From assembly GCA_963666115.2 (NCBI GenBank), contig CAXXET010000007.1:224001-288000 (forward strand): a stretch of 64,000 bases of DNA, given 5' to 3'. Source of the DNA: Dehalococcoidia bacterium (GTDB lineage: Bacteria > Chloroflexota > Dehalococcoidia > UBA6926). The stretch's first letter is position 1. The number at the start of each line of letters is the position of its first letter. The position numbers and the translations under genes were made by a program. The notes under the pieces are model-generated. The model did no database searches, was not told where the DNA came from, and was given only the letters and a program-made list of their open reading frames with translations. Below are positions 1-9,230 of this stretch, piece by piece.

Positions 1-1
1 C

Positions 2-250
2 CTGGAGTCGCTGAAGCGTCTGTTCGTCACGTTCGTGCGTGTGCGGCGAGAGAACGGCACGCTTGAAGAGTTCCTAAACGCGGCGGGCGTTGAATGGTAC
101 CCGGAATCCGAGTATCCCTCCAACAAGGGCGACGTGGAGTACCTTGCTGGGCCGCCTGCGCCCAGCATGGACGCACGGGGCCTTTATGCCACCCTGATGA
201 AGGGGAACTGGAAGGCCACCGATAAGCACGCCCTACCCTTGGCAGCATAG
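2..250 (+). CDS. 5'-truncated ORF, possibly HicB-family antitoxin C-terminal part
   Basis: Frame is open from base 2 (LESLKRLFVTFVRVRRENGTLEEFL...), resembling the HicB helix; directly abuts the next ORF. Confidence 0.35.
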   Translation: MESLKRLFVTFVRVRRENGTLEEFLNAAGVEWYPESEYPSNKGDVEYLAGPPAPSMDARGLYATLMKGNWKATDKHALPLAA

Positions 251-550
251 ATGGAAATCCCCAAGGACTACGTCATTGAGGCGTACCGTCGCCTTGGGTA
301 TTCTTTGCGCCCCGACTCTGACGACCGCACTCAGCTGATCTTTGACGATGGTCAGGGGATGATGTTCTTCCACCCGCTGCTTGAGGGCGGCTTGGTGGAA
401 CTACAATTCGCTCTCATGGACATTCAAACCACTGAGGGCATCATGGGCATGGAAGCTGGTTGGGCGCACGATACGTGGTTGCCAAGCTTAGCTGAGGTCT
501 TGAAAGGGACCGAATTCGAGTTGGACGAGGGCGGCTCCCCCGAAGACTAA
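251..550 (+). CDS. Small hypothetical protein, weakly HicA-like
   Basis: PKDYVIEAYRRLGY...QLIFDD...FFHP resembles the HicA pattern but lacks the GSH motif; TAG-ATG junction with the upstream ORF. Confidence 0.4.
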   Translation: MEIPKDYVIEAYRRLGYSLRPDSDDRTQLIFDDGQGMMFFHPLLEGGLVELQFALMDIQTTEGIMGMEAGWAHDTWLPSLAEVLKGTEFELDEGGSPED

Positions 551-563
551 GCCGCCGGGTTTG

Positions 564-618
564 CCCCCGCCTACGCGGGGGATTCGGAAGGCGGATTCTT
601 CGCTGCGCTCAGAATGAC
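564..618. repeat. Pair of REP-like palindromes (CCCCCGC-CTAC-GCGGGGG; GATTCTTCGCTGCGCTCAGAATGAC)
   Basis: Inverted repeats seen directly; the second supplies the tsaD stop codon. Confidence 0.7.
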
Positions 619-1655
619 AGCGCGGTGTCCCTCGCCATTGTCATGCGGAGGTTGGGGGTGGCGTCCAGCGTGCCGTCGTCGGGTTGGGCGTTGTTTTCTA
701 TCACGAAGGCGGCGCGGGCGGCGATCATTACCCCATTGTCCGTGCAGAGGCCGGGGCGCGGACGCCATACGGGCATATCGGCTTTGCGGAGGACCTCTTC
801 GCCCAGCGCGCTGTTTGCCGCCACACCGCCGGACAGCATGACGGACTTCGCTTTCGCGGCTCGCGCCACCTCCAGCAGGCGGTCAGCCAGGCCGGTGACT
901 GCGATCTGCTGAAAGCCTGCGGCGATGTTGGCGACGTCCCCCTGGCTCAGCGCGTCCGTCCCGCCCCGTTCGTTCACCACGCGGAGCACCGCCGTCTTGA
1001 GGCCGCTGAAACTGAAATCCCATGAGTCCCTGATCAGCGGGCTGGGGAACCGGACGGGATCGGTCGCCTCTTTCGCGACGCGCTCGATGATCGGGCCGCC
1101 GGGATAGCCGAGGCCAAGCAGGCGCGCCACCTTGTCGAACGCCTCGCCCGCGGCATCGTCCCGCGTCTCGCTCAACAGCCGGTAGTTCCCGTGCTCCTCG
1201 ACCAGCACGATGTCCGTATGGCCGCCGGAGACGATGAGCGCGACGGACGGCAGCAGCGGATCGCCGCGCGCCTCACTGTCCCACTGCCCGTCCGCGATCC
1301 AGTTTGCGTAGACGTGGCCCTCCAAGTGGTGGATGCCGTAGAGCGGCAGATTCCACGCCATCGCCAGCGCCTTGGCGAAGTTGACGCCGACCAGCAGGGA
1401 GCCCGCGAGTCCGGGGCCGTACGTGACGGCAATGGCATCGAGGTTCAGGTCGCCGTCATGCCGCTGCATGACGTCACGCAAGAGCGTGGGGAATGTCAGC
1501 AGGTGCTGTCGTGACGCGATTTCCGGAACCACGCCGCCGAACCGCGCGTGGATGTCCGCCTGCGACGACAGGCCATGGACGATGACGCGCCGGCCATCGT
1601 CAACGATGGCGATGCCGGTCTCATCGCAGGACGATTCGATGCCAAGAACTCTCAT
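609..1655 (-). CDS. tsaD: tRNA N6-adenosine threonylcarbamoyltransferase TsaD
   Basis: LGIESSCDET, GGVVPEIASRQH, HHLEGH, SGGHT, DDAAGEAFDK, FSFSGLKT, CTDNGVMIA motifs. Confidence 0.97.
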   Translation of the reverse strand: MRVLGIESSCDETGIAIVDDGRRVIVHGLSSQADIHARFGGVVPEIASRQHLLTFPTLLRDVMQRHDGDLNLDAIAVTYGPGLAGSLLVGVNFAKALAMAWNLPLYGIHHLEGHVYANWIADGQWDSEARGDPLLPSVALIVSGGHTDIVLVEEHGNYRLLSETRDDAAGEAFDKVARLLGLGYPGGPIIERVAKEATDPVRFPSPLIRDSWDFSFSGLKTAVLRVVNERGGTDALSQGDVANIAAGFQQIAVTGLADRLLEVARAAKAKSVMLSGGVAANSALGEEVLRKADMPVWRPRPGLCTDNGVMIAARAAFVIENNAQPDDGTLDATPNLRMTMARDTALSF

Positions 1656-2287
1656 GCGAACTGGAGCATCAACATGGCGAATTCATTTTCCTCCGCCGCC
1701 ATGCGGTAGAGGGAGCGCATTGCGGGATCGATGCCGGACTTGATGATCGTCGAGATGTGATCCTCTTCGACGATTTCCGGCATGTGAGACCAGCCGATCA
1801 CGATGGTATCGCCTGCCTCAACCTGCTCGTTGGCGACGTAGATGGGCACCTCGCCCTCGTCTCCGAGCGCGCCGCTCACATTGTCCGGCGTCACGTATCC
1901 CGGATAGTAGAGCTGCTCGCTCGTCACGACCCAGGAGACGGCCGGCCCGGCCCACGCAAAGTAGACCTCATTCCCGGTGATGGCGGCCAGCGCTGCGCCG
2001 GCGCGCCACCCGCGCACCGAGTAGCCGCTGAGGGTCAACTGCGCGGCCTCGATGGCGTTCTGCAGATAGCGTGTCGTCGAGAGCCGCCGCTGCGCGCTCA
2101 GCGCGTCTTCAATCGCCTCCCAGACGATGTCAGAGACCGTCGTTACGGGGCCTGAGACGACCTCAACCAGGCCGTAGACGGCATCGAGCCCGTCTCGCCG
2201 GCCCTCATTCCAGACGCGGATATAGGGGGCAAGCGGCTGGGCCTCGCCGCCCGTGATGCTGAAACTGGCCGTCGTGTGTGCTGCCAT
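1652..2287 (-). CDS. Hypothetical protein, degenerate PP2C/SpoIIE-like fold
   Basis: VYFAWAGPA...GALG...VEAGDTIVI pattern; ATGA overlap with tsaD. Confidence 0.55.
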   Translation of the reverse strand: MAAHTTASFSITGGEAQPLAPYIRVWNEGRRDGLDAVYGLVEVVSGPVTTVSDIVWEAIEDALSAQRRLSTTRYLQNAIEAAQLTLSGYSVRGWRAGAALAAITGNEVYFAWAGPAVSWVVTSEQLYYPGYVTPDNVSGALGDEGEVPIYVANEQVEAGDTIVIGWSHMPEIVEEDHISTIIKSGIDPAMRSLYRMAAEENEFAMLMLQFA

Positions 2288-2438
2288 CCAAAAAGTCTCC
2301 GCGCTCGTGTGCCGGATTCCCCTTAATCATACCAGTGGGGTCTATTGGCGCAGACACAGGCAATCACCCGCCGCATGGGATGTAGAATAGTCACCTAGAG
2401 GGGCACACGGCTCCTATCGAGAGGAGAATCACGCGGAC

Positions 2439-3701
2439 ATGCAGGAAGTCGAAACCATTAGCCTTGTGCTATTGGGGCTTTCCTTTCTCTTTTCGGCAAT
2501 CTTCTCAGGCACGGAGGCGGCTTTCCTGGCGTCTCAACCACATCGCCTGAGGCACCGCGCCGAGAATGGTTCGCGGGGGGCGCGCATCGCGGCGCGGATG
2601 AAGGAGAGGCCGGAGCGGTTCCTCTCCACGCTGCTGGTCGGCAACAACCTCACCAACACGGCTGCAGCGGCCATCGCAACCAGCATCGCCCTGACGCTGC
2701 TCGATAATTCGGAGCAGGGTCTTGTCGCCGCCACGGTCATCACCACAATCGCCCTGCTTGTCTTCGCGGAAATCACGCCGAAGACAGTCGGCGCGCGCCA
2801 CGCGGAGCGCGTGATGGTGGTCGCCGCGCCGCCGTTCCGCGTGTTCTCGTTCGTTTTCGCGCCCGTGACGATCGTGTTCACGATGTTCGCGGGGTTCGTG
2901 GCGTGGGTGACGGGCGGGACGCGCCGCGCCGTGGTGGACACGCAGGAGTTCCGCGCAATGATCAGGGCCGGCGTGGAACAGGGCACCGTGGAGGAGCGGG
3001 AGGCGGAACTGGTTCAAAAGGTGTTCCAGTTCGGCGACCGCATGGTGCGGGAGATCATGACGCCGCGGACGGAGATCATCTGGGTGAGGAACGGAACGAC
3101 GCTTGCGGAGTTTCTTGAAATCTACGCCCGGCATTCTCATTCCCACTTCCCGGTCCAGGGCGATGAGCCGGACGGCGTCGCGGGAATCCTCTCCATCAAG
3201 AGCGTCCTCCACAAGCACGCCCAGGGTGAACTCACCATGAACAGCTCCGTCACAACAGACCTGCGCGAGACGCACTTCGTGCCGGAGACCAAGATGATCG
3301 ACGACCTCATGGACGAGATGCGCACGCAGCGGTCGCGGATGGTGATGGTCGTCGACGAGTTCGGCGACATCTCCGGCCTAGTGACGCTCAGCCGCGCCAT
3401 CGAGCTCATCGTCGGACGCGTCGATGACCCCGGCGATCCGCAGGCGTTCCAGGCGGTGGATGAGCGCACGGTGCGCGTGGACGGCATCATGCACATCGAC
3501 GAGCTGGCGGAGCAGCTTAACATCCACCTGCCGGACGGGGACGGCGAGTATGAGACCATCGCGGGCTTCGTGCTCAAGCAGCTTGGGCGGATTCCCGAAG
3601 AGGGAGAGGCCATCGTCCACGGCCCCTACGAAATCACAGTGGCGCAGATCCACGGCGCGCGCATCGACGAGGTCACCGTACGCACGGAGGACGCAGGGTG
3701 A
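2439..3701 (+). CDS. HlyC/CorC (CNNM-CBS-CorC) family transporter
   Basis: SAIFSGTEAA, LLVGNN, EITPK, MTPR, VVDEFG, YETIAGF motifs; GAGGAG RBS. Confidence 0.93.
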   Translation: MQEVETISLVLLGLSFLFSAIFSGTEAAFLASQPHRLRHRAENGSRGARIAARMKERPERFLSTLLVGNNLTNTAAAAIATSIALTLLDNSEQGLVAATVITTIALLVFAEITPKTVGARHAERVMVVAAPPFRVFSFVFAPVTIVFTMFAGFVAWVTGGTRRAVVDTQEFRAMIRAGVEQGTVEEREAELVQKVFQFGDRMVREIMTPRTEIIWVRNGTTLAEFLEIYARHSHSHFPVQGDEPDGVAGILSIKSVLHKHAQGELTMNSSVTTDLRETHFVPETKMIDDLMDEMRTQRSRMVMVVDEFGDISGLVTLSRAIELIVGRVDDPGDPQAFQAVDERTVRVDGIMHIDELAEQLNIHLPDGDGEYETIAGFVLKQLGRIPEEGEAIVHGPYEITVAQIHGARIDEVTVRTEDAG

Positions 3702-3732
3702 GGGGAATAGTGAACATTCTTGGAGGGGTTGG

Positions 3733-4809
3733 GTGGAAAACATCAAACTATGGGAACTAGCCGGAACTCAGGCCAAGCCGTTGGGTTCGAATGAGAAGTT
3801 GAAGTCCGAGAAGTCATTTGAAGATACCCTCGTCGAGAACCCGGAACTGCTGCTCGACGGCCTGACACTGGTGGGACGGCAGACTCCCACCGAAGGTGGA
3901 CGAGCGCTTGATCTGCTGGGTGTAGATTCGGACGGCAAGCTGGTCGTGTTCGAGTTGAAGCGCGACATGCTGTCGCGTGACGCCGTCGCGCAAATCATTG
4001 ATTACGCATCCTTTCTCGACAATCTGGATCTCGATGCCCTCGCCGAGCACATCTCGGAAAAGTCAGGCGCTCACGGCATTGCTAACATCGATAACTTTCA
4101 AGAGTGGTACAGCAGCGAGGGTTTCGAGGAGTTGGAGTCGCTGAAACCGCTGCGCTTGTTCCTGGTCGGGCTGGGGGCGGACGAGCGAACGGAGCGCATG
4201 GTGAGGTTCCTCGCCCAGAACAGCGGCATGGACATCTCGATGCTCACCTTTCACGCGTTCGACTACGACGGCAAGACCATCCTTGCCAAGCAAGTGGAGG
4301 TGGAAGCAGCCGCCGAACCCGATCGCCGCCCCAGAAAACGGCGGCGGACCCAAGAAGAGCTAAACCGGGACTTCGACGAGAAGATGGAAAAGTATGGGAC
4401 GCGTGATCTCGTCGATGCAGCTCACCGAATGTTCAACGAACATTGGCCGGGAGTGACAGGACGCCCAGACCGCTTTGGACTCCACATTAGATTTCCCCAT
4501 ACAGATCGCCGTAAAGGATATACGCCACATGCACGCATTGACGCCTGGAGAGACGAAACAATAAGCGTAGTCTTCTTCCGCCGTACCAAGGCACTGTGCC
4601 TGGATGAGTTCAGAGAACCCGTACAAGAGATTCCATATGCAACCTGGCCGAAAAATCGAGACCCTTTGGACGACCCCAGGGCAGAGATTCAGTTCCACCT
4701 GACCCTGCAAAGCTGGGACACTCACAAGGAACGCCTGACCGCTTTGCTGCAAGCCATCTACGCGGCATGGCAAAACGACAATCAGAATAATGGGGCGGAA
4801 TCGGACTAA
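3733..4809 (+). CDS. NucS-like (DUF91) PD-(D/E)xK endonuclease domain protein
   Basis: EKSFEDTL...GRQ...LDLLGVD..GKLVVFELKR...VAQIIDY; start revised to GTG 3733 after GGAGG. Confidence 0.8.
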   Translation: MENIKLWELAGTQAKPLGSNEKLKSEKSFEDTLVENPELLLDGLTLVGRQTPTEGGRALDLLGVDSDGKLVVFELKRDMLSRDAVAQIIDYASFLDNLDLDALAEHISEKSGAHGIANIDNFQEWYSSEGFEELESLKPLRLFLVGLGADERTERMVRFLAQNSGMDISMLTFHAFDYDGKTILAKQVEVEAAAEPDRRPRKRRRTQEELNRDFDEKMEKYGTRDLVDAAHRMFNEHWPGVTGRPDRFGLHIRFPHTDRRKGYTPHARIDAWRDETISVVFFRRTKALCLDEFREPVQEIPYATWPKNRDPLDDPRAEIQFHLTLQSWDTHKERLTALLQAIYAAWQNDNQNNGAESD

Positions 4810-5454
4810 ATGAACCTGTACCTGGTGCGGCATGGGGAGACGGAGTGGAACCGCGAGGGGCGCGCGCAGGGACGCGCCGACGTTCCGCTCAACGAGGCCG
4901 GTATCGCGCAGTCGCTGGCGCTGGCGGCCAACTTTGCCTCTCTGAACGTATCAGCAGTTATGTCGAGTTCTTCGCGGCGGGCAGTCCGTACCGCAGAGGC
5001 TATCGCTGCGCCGCACGATCTCGTCGTGACACCAAATGATGACCTTTTAGAGCTCAATTTCGGCGGGCTGGACGGCGCGCCCTTGCGGGATATGCGCGAG
5101 ATGTTCCCGGATTTCTTCGAGCATTGGACCCGTGATCCCGCCACGGCGCAGTTCCCGGACGGCGGCGAGACGCTCCAACAGCTCCAGGACAGGACCTGGG
5201 CCGTCGTAGAGGCGGTCGCGCGGTCGCGCGAGGCGCAGGACAACGTGATCATCGTGTCCCACGCCTTTGCCCTGTATTCAATCATGTGCCGCGCGCTGGG
5301 GATGCCGCTGTCCAACTACGGGCGGCTGCGAATCACGCCGGGTTCGTACAGCCTCCTCGTGTCGCGCGCGCTGAATGTCATTGGGCCTGCGGATGAGTTG
5401 CAGTGGGCGCTGACAAGCCTCAACGTCACGCCTGCCCCAACCGCGGCCAACTAG
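4810..5454 (+). CDS. Histidine phosphatase family protein (CobC/GpmB-like)
   Basis: LVRHGETEWN, RAVRTA, ELNFG, GGET, VSH motifs. Confidence 0.92.
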   Translation: MNLYLVRHGETEWNREGRAQGRADVPLNEAGIAQSLALAANFASLNVSAVMSSSSRRAVRTAEAIAAPHDLVVTPNDDLLELNFGGLDGAPLRDMREMFPDFFEHWTRDPATAQFPDGGETLQQLQDRTWAVVEAVARSREAQDNVIIVSHAFALYSIMCRALGMPLSNYGRLRITPGSYSLLVSRALNVIGPADELQWALTSLNVTPAPTAAN

Positions 5455-5461
5455 CTTCGCC

Positions 5462-6574
5462 ATGACGCCAATCAACGTGTCGGCAGAGTCGCACCTCGTT
5501 CGCAGCGTCCGCGACACGCTGGCGTCCGGCGGCTACGTTGCCCGTGGGGCACGGTTGCTGGTGGGGGTGTCCGGCGGGCCGGATTCAACCGCGCTGCTTT
5601 CGAGCCTCGTCGAGCTGCGCGAGGAGTGCCGGCTTGAACTTCACGTCGTCCACGTCGATCACGGGCTGCGCCCGGAGGCGCGCGGCGACGCGGCGTATGT
5701 GAGGCGTCTATGTGGGAAGTGGGAGGTGACGGCGGCCCTTAGGCAGGTGGATGTTCCCGCGCTGCGGAGGGCGGAGAGGCTGTCCGTGGAGGCGGCGGCG
5801 CGGCGGGCGCGACACCTTGCGCTGCTGGAGGAGGCGGCCGCATTCCAGGCGGACGGCATCGTTCTCGGACACACGGCGGACGACCAGATCGAGACCGTGC
5901 TGTTGAGCCTGCTGCGCGGGGCGGGGCTGCGCGGCCTGGCGGGTATGGCGGATGAGTCGGACTCGCCGTTCACGCTGCCCGCCGGAGAGCGCGTGCCAAT
6001 TCTCCGTCCCCTGCTTGGCGTGACACGGGCGGACGTCATTGACTATTTGAAAGAGCGCTGGCTGCGGCCCCGTCAGGACGCCTCCAACGCGGACCCGGCG
6101 CATCTCCGCAACCGCGTGCGGCATGAGTTGATTCCGCTGATGGAGCGCATCCGCGAGGGGGTGCAGGACGCCATCGGGCGGGCATCCGAGGATGCTCGCG
6201 CGGCACTGGAGTATATCGAGGGGCAGGCGGACGGGCTGTGGCGGGAGGCGTGTGAGGTTGCGGCAAATCGCGGGTCGGTTCGCATCGAACGCGACGTGAT
6301 GCGTCGGTCACACACCGCGCTGAGGCACGTAATCTACGAGCGGGCGGTGATTGCGCTGCTTAGGTCGACTGCGGGGTTTAACCGGCGAAACTACCGGGAT
6401 ATTGACGCGATGATCACCACGGGCCGTACTCGCTCGGAGATCGATCTGCCGAAAGGGCTGCGCCTTGCCTGTGTGGACAAGCACACGGCGATCCTGTCCA
6501 TGGACGGGCGGGGCAGGCGGCATCCGGGCGCGATTGGAGAGGACTCGACGGCAAAGGGTACTATTGAAGTATGA
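5462..6574 (+). CDS. tilS: tRNA(Ile)-lysidine synthetase
   Basis: VSGGPDS, HVDHGLR, GHTADDQIET, RPLL, DASN, RNRVR. Confidence 0.94.
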   Translation: MTPINVSAESHLVRSVRDTLASGGYVARGARLLVGVSGGPDSTALLSSLVELREECRLELHVVHVDHGLRPEARGDAAYVRRLCGKWEVTAALRQVDVPALRRAERLSVEAAARRARHLALLEEAAAFQADGIVLGHTADDQIETVLLSLLRGAGLRGLAGMADESDSPFTLPAGERVPILRPLLGVTRADVIDYLKERWLRPRQDASNADPAHLRNRVRHELIPLMERIREGVQDAIGRASEDARAALEYIEGQADGLWREACEVAANRGSVRIERDVMRRSHTALRHVIYERAVIALLRSTAGFNRRNYRDIDAMITTGRTRSEIDLPKGLRLACVDKHTAILSMDGRGRRHPGAIGEDSTAKGTIEV

Positions 6575-6900
6575 GCAGGAGACGAAACCAGACACCAAGG
6601 CCGGGGCGCGGCGGCGGGCGCGATGGGCGTGGCGGTCGAGGCGGCCAGCCAAACGCGGGCGGCAACCGGGCGGAACGGCGGTCGTTCCTGGAGCGGATTC
6701 GCGTGCGTGAAGACGTTGCGCCGGACGCGCCGGCGGGAATGCGGCGTGGACAACAGCGCCGAAACCGGTCACGCGGAGGAAACCGGCAGGGCTGGACATT
6801 CGGCCGCATCGCCGTGCTGTCTGTGATGGCATTCCTGGCGCTGGCGCTCGCGCTGAGCGGCCTAATCGCATTCCTCCCGCCGCCAGGGACGGCTGGGTAG
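6571..6900 (+). CDS. Arg/Gly-rich small protein with C-terminal TM helix
   Basis: ATGA overlap with tilS; basic low-complexity N-terminus and hydrophobic C-terminus. Confidence 0.65.
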   Translation: MSRRRNQTPRPGRGGGRDGRGGRGGQPNAGGNRAERRSFLERIRVREDVAPDAPAGMRRGQQRRNRSRGGNRQGWTFGRIAVLSVMAFLALALALSGLIAFLPPPGTAG

Positions 6901-6932
6901 ACTGGCGGGCGCCACCTAACGCAGGCCTCTCC

Positions 6933-7661
6933 TCACCCCACCTTTGGCCTGCCCTTGAACCTCAGCCGGGCCAGGCCCTTGATGTCTTCCCAGGCGGTGG
7001 AGACTATCTTGACGCGGGTGTCCGGGTCTTCTTCCCAGGCGACGGGAAAATCGGCGATGGGGTAGCTGTTCTTTTCGGCGATGAGCAGCAGTTCCGTATC
7101 GAAGAACCACGCGTTGTCCTTGATGAGGGGCAGGAGGTTGTCCGCTGCGCGGCGGCTGATGGCCTTGAAGCCGCACTGCGCGTCCGAGAACCCGCTCCAG
7201 AACACGGACTTGATCATCAGGTTGTAGGAGCGCGAGACGAACTCCCGCTTGAATGAGCGTGTGGTCTCTGCGCCGCGCTTGAGGCGGGAGCCGGTCGCGA
7301 CGTCATGGCCGTCCCTGACCGCGTCGAGCAAGTCCGGAATGCGGTTGATGTCAGTCGAGAGATCGACATCCATGTAGGCGCGGATATCGGCGTCGCTTTC
7401 GCCCCACGCCCGCTTGAGCGCCCTGCCGCGTCCCTTCTGCTCCAGGTGAACGACGCCCACTTCGCCCTCATACTGCGCTGACAAATCGTTCGCCACCTCA
7501 AGCGTGCCGTCGATGGAGCCGTTGTCCGCGATGACGACGCGCCAGTGATAGCCGGCCAGGTTCTCGCGGCAAAAGGGTAGCAGGCGCTCAAGGCAGACCG
7601 GCAGTGAGCGCTCCTCGTTGTAAACGGGGATAACAATGTCGGCGGAGAGGGTGTCCGTCAT
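6933..7661 (-). CDS. Family 2 glycosyltransferase (polyprenol-phosphate glycosyltransferase-like)
   Basis: IVIPVYNEE, ADNGSIDGT, YMDVDLS, DAQCGFKA, WFFDTELL. Confidence 0.92.
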   Translation of the reverse strand: MTDTLSADIVIPVYNEERSLPVCLERLLPFCRENLAGYHWRVVIADNGSIDGTLEVANDLSAQYEGEVGVVHLEQKGRGRALKRAWGESDADIRAYMDVDLSTDINRIPDLLDAVRDGHDVATGSRLKRGAETTRSFKREFVSRSYNLMIKSVFWSGFSDAQCGFKAISRRAADNLLPLIKDNAWFFDTELLLIAEKNSYPIADFPVAWEEDPDTRVKIVSTAWEDIKGLARLRFKGRPKVG

Positions 7662-7670
7662 GGCAGTATT

Positions 7671-9230
7671 CTAGTGGCGGAAGTGACGGACGCCGGTGAA
7701 CACCATGGCCGCGCCGGCGCTGTTGGCGGCGGCGATGACCTCATCGTCACGGACGGAGCCGCCGGGCTGCACCGCCGCCGTGACACCGCCCGCCAGCGCC
7801 ATCTCCAACCCGTCCGCGAACGGGAAGAAGGCATCCGACGCCACGACTCCGCCCTGCGCCTCGTCTCCGGCCAGTTTCAGGGCGAGTTCCACGCTGATGA
7901 GGCGATTCGGCTGCCCCGCGCCCATCCCACGCAGCGCGCCGTCCTTGACGATCACGATGGCGTTGGATTTGACGTGCCGCGCGGCTTTCCATGCGAAGCG
8001 TAAATCGGCAAGCTCCGCGTCCGTCGGCTCGCGCTCCGTGACCGTCCGCCACTCGCCCATTTCGCCCATGTCTGCGGCCTGCACGAGGAATCCGCCGCGC
8101 ACCGTGCGGATGTCCAAGGACGGCGTCGCGGCGGACGCGTCGTTCATCTCCAACAACCGCAGGTTGCGTTTCTGCGTGAGGACGGAAAGCGCGTCATCGT
8201 CGTAGGACGGGGCGATAACGATCTCATAGAATGCCTCGTTGATGGCCTCCGCAGTCGCCCTGTCCATCGGGCGGTTGGCGGCGATGATGCCGCCGAACGC
8301 GGAGACGGGGTCGCCCGCGAGGGCCCGCGTGAACGCGGTGACGAGCTCCGGCGCGGTGGCGAGGCCGCACGGGTTGCCGTGCTTGATGACGGCGACCGTT
8401 GGCGCGTCCGGAAAATCGCTCACGACGTTCCACGCGGCATCGGCGTCCAGGATGTTGTTGAAGGACATCTCACGGCCATGCACCTGGCGGGCGGAGGGGA
8501 TGCCCTGCGCGGGGCGGCCCGGATCGTTGATCGTATAGAGCGCGCCCGCCTGGTGGGGATTCTCACCATACCGCAGCGACTGAATGGATTGGAGGGGGAG
8601 GACGCGCTCAGCGGGGAGCGCGGCGGCCTCATCGTCCATGCCCGCTGCGCCCATGTCACGCCCAAGATAGCCGGCGATCACAGTGTCATAGGCGGAGACG
8701 TGCTCAAACGCCTTTCGGGCGAGGCGCCGGCGCTCGGCAACGGGCACGACGCCTGCGCGGAGCATCTCCAGAACGGGCGCATAGTCCGCAGGATCGATCA
8801 TCACGATCACAGCCGGAAAATTCTTGGCGGCGGCGCGGACCATCGTGGGGCCGCCGATGTCAATCTGCTCCAGCGCGTCCATGAGAGTCACGTCCGGCCT
8901 GGAAACGGTCTCCGCGAATGGGTAGAGGTTCACGGCAATGAGGTCGATTGTGCCGATGCCGTGCTTTTCCATCTGCGCCACGTGGTCCGGCTCCTCGCGC
9001 TTGGCGAGGATGCCGCCGTGGACGCGGGGATGGAGGGTCTTGACGCGGCCATCGAGTATCTCGGGGAAGCCGGTTAGGTCCTCGATGTGCTTGGCTTCGA
9101 CGCCCGCGCCGGTCAGGAAGCGGTGCGTGCCACCTGTCGCATAGACCTCCCAGCCGAGGCCGGTCAGCCCGTGCGCGAGTGTGTCCGCGCCGTCCTTGTT
9201 GGACGGGGCGATGATTGCCCGAAAAGTCAT
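7671..9230 (-). CDS. purH: Bifunctional AICAR transformylase/IMP cyclohydrolase
   Basis: GRVKTLHP, IDIGGP, LRYGENPHQ, KHGNPCG, SDAFFPF, RHFRH. Confidence 0.98.
   Translation of the reverse strand: MTFRAIIAPSNKDGADTLAHGLTGLGWEVYATGGTHRFLTGAGVEAKHIEDLTGFPEILDGRVKTLHPRVHGGILAKREEPDHVAQMEKHGIGTIDLIAVNLYPFAETVSRPDVTLMDALEQIDIGGPTMVRAAAKNFPAVIVMIDPADYAPVLEMLRAGVVPVAERRRLARKAFEHVSAYDTVIAGYLGRDMGAAGMDDEAAALPAERVLPLQSIQSLRYGENPHQAGALYTINDPGRPAQGIPSARQVHGREMSFNNILDADAAWNVVSDFPDAPTVAVIKHGNPCGLATAPELVTAFTRALAGDPVSAFGGIIAANRPMDRATAEAINEAFYEIVIAPSYDDDALSVLTQKRNLRLLEMNDASAATPSLDIRTVRGGFLVQAADMGEMGEWRTVTEREPTDAELADLRFAWKAARHVKSNAIVIVKDGALRGMGAGQPNRLISVELALKLAGDEAQGGVVASDAFFPFADGLEMALAGGVTAAVQPGGSVRDDEVIAAANSAGAAMVFTGVRHFRH

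Noticed and set aside
3424-3732. N-terminal extensions given by the ORF track (also purM, pyrC, carA, CaiB, CoxM, DUF1330)
   Set aside because: They overlap neighbouring genes or lack family similarity; downstream starts with RBS or stop/start coupling fit better
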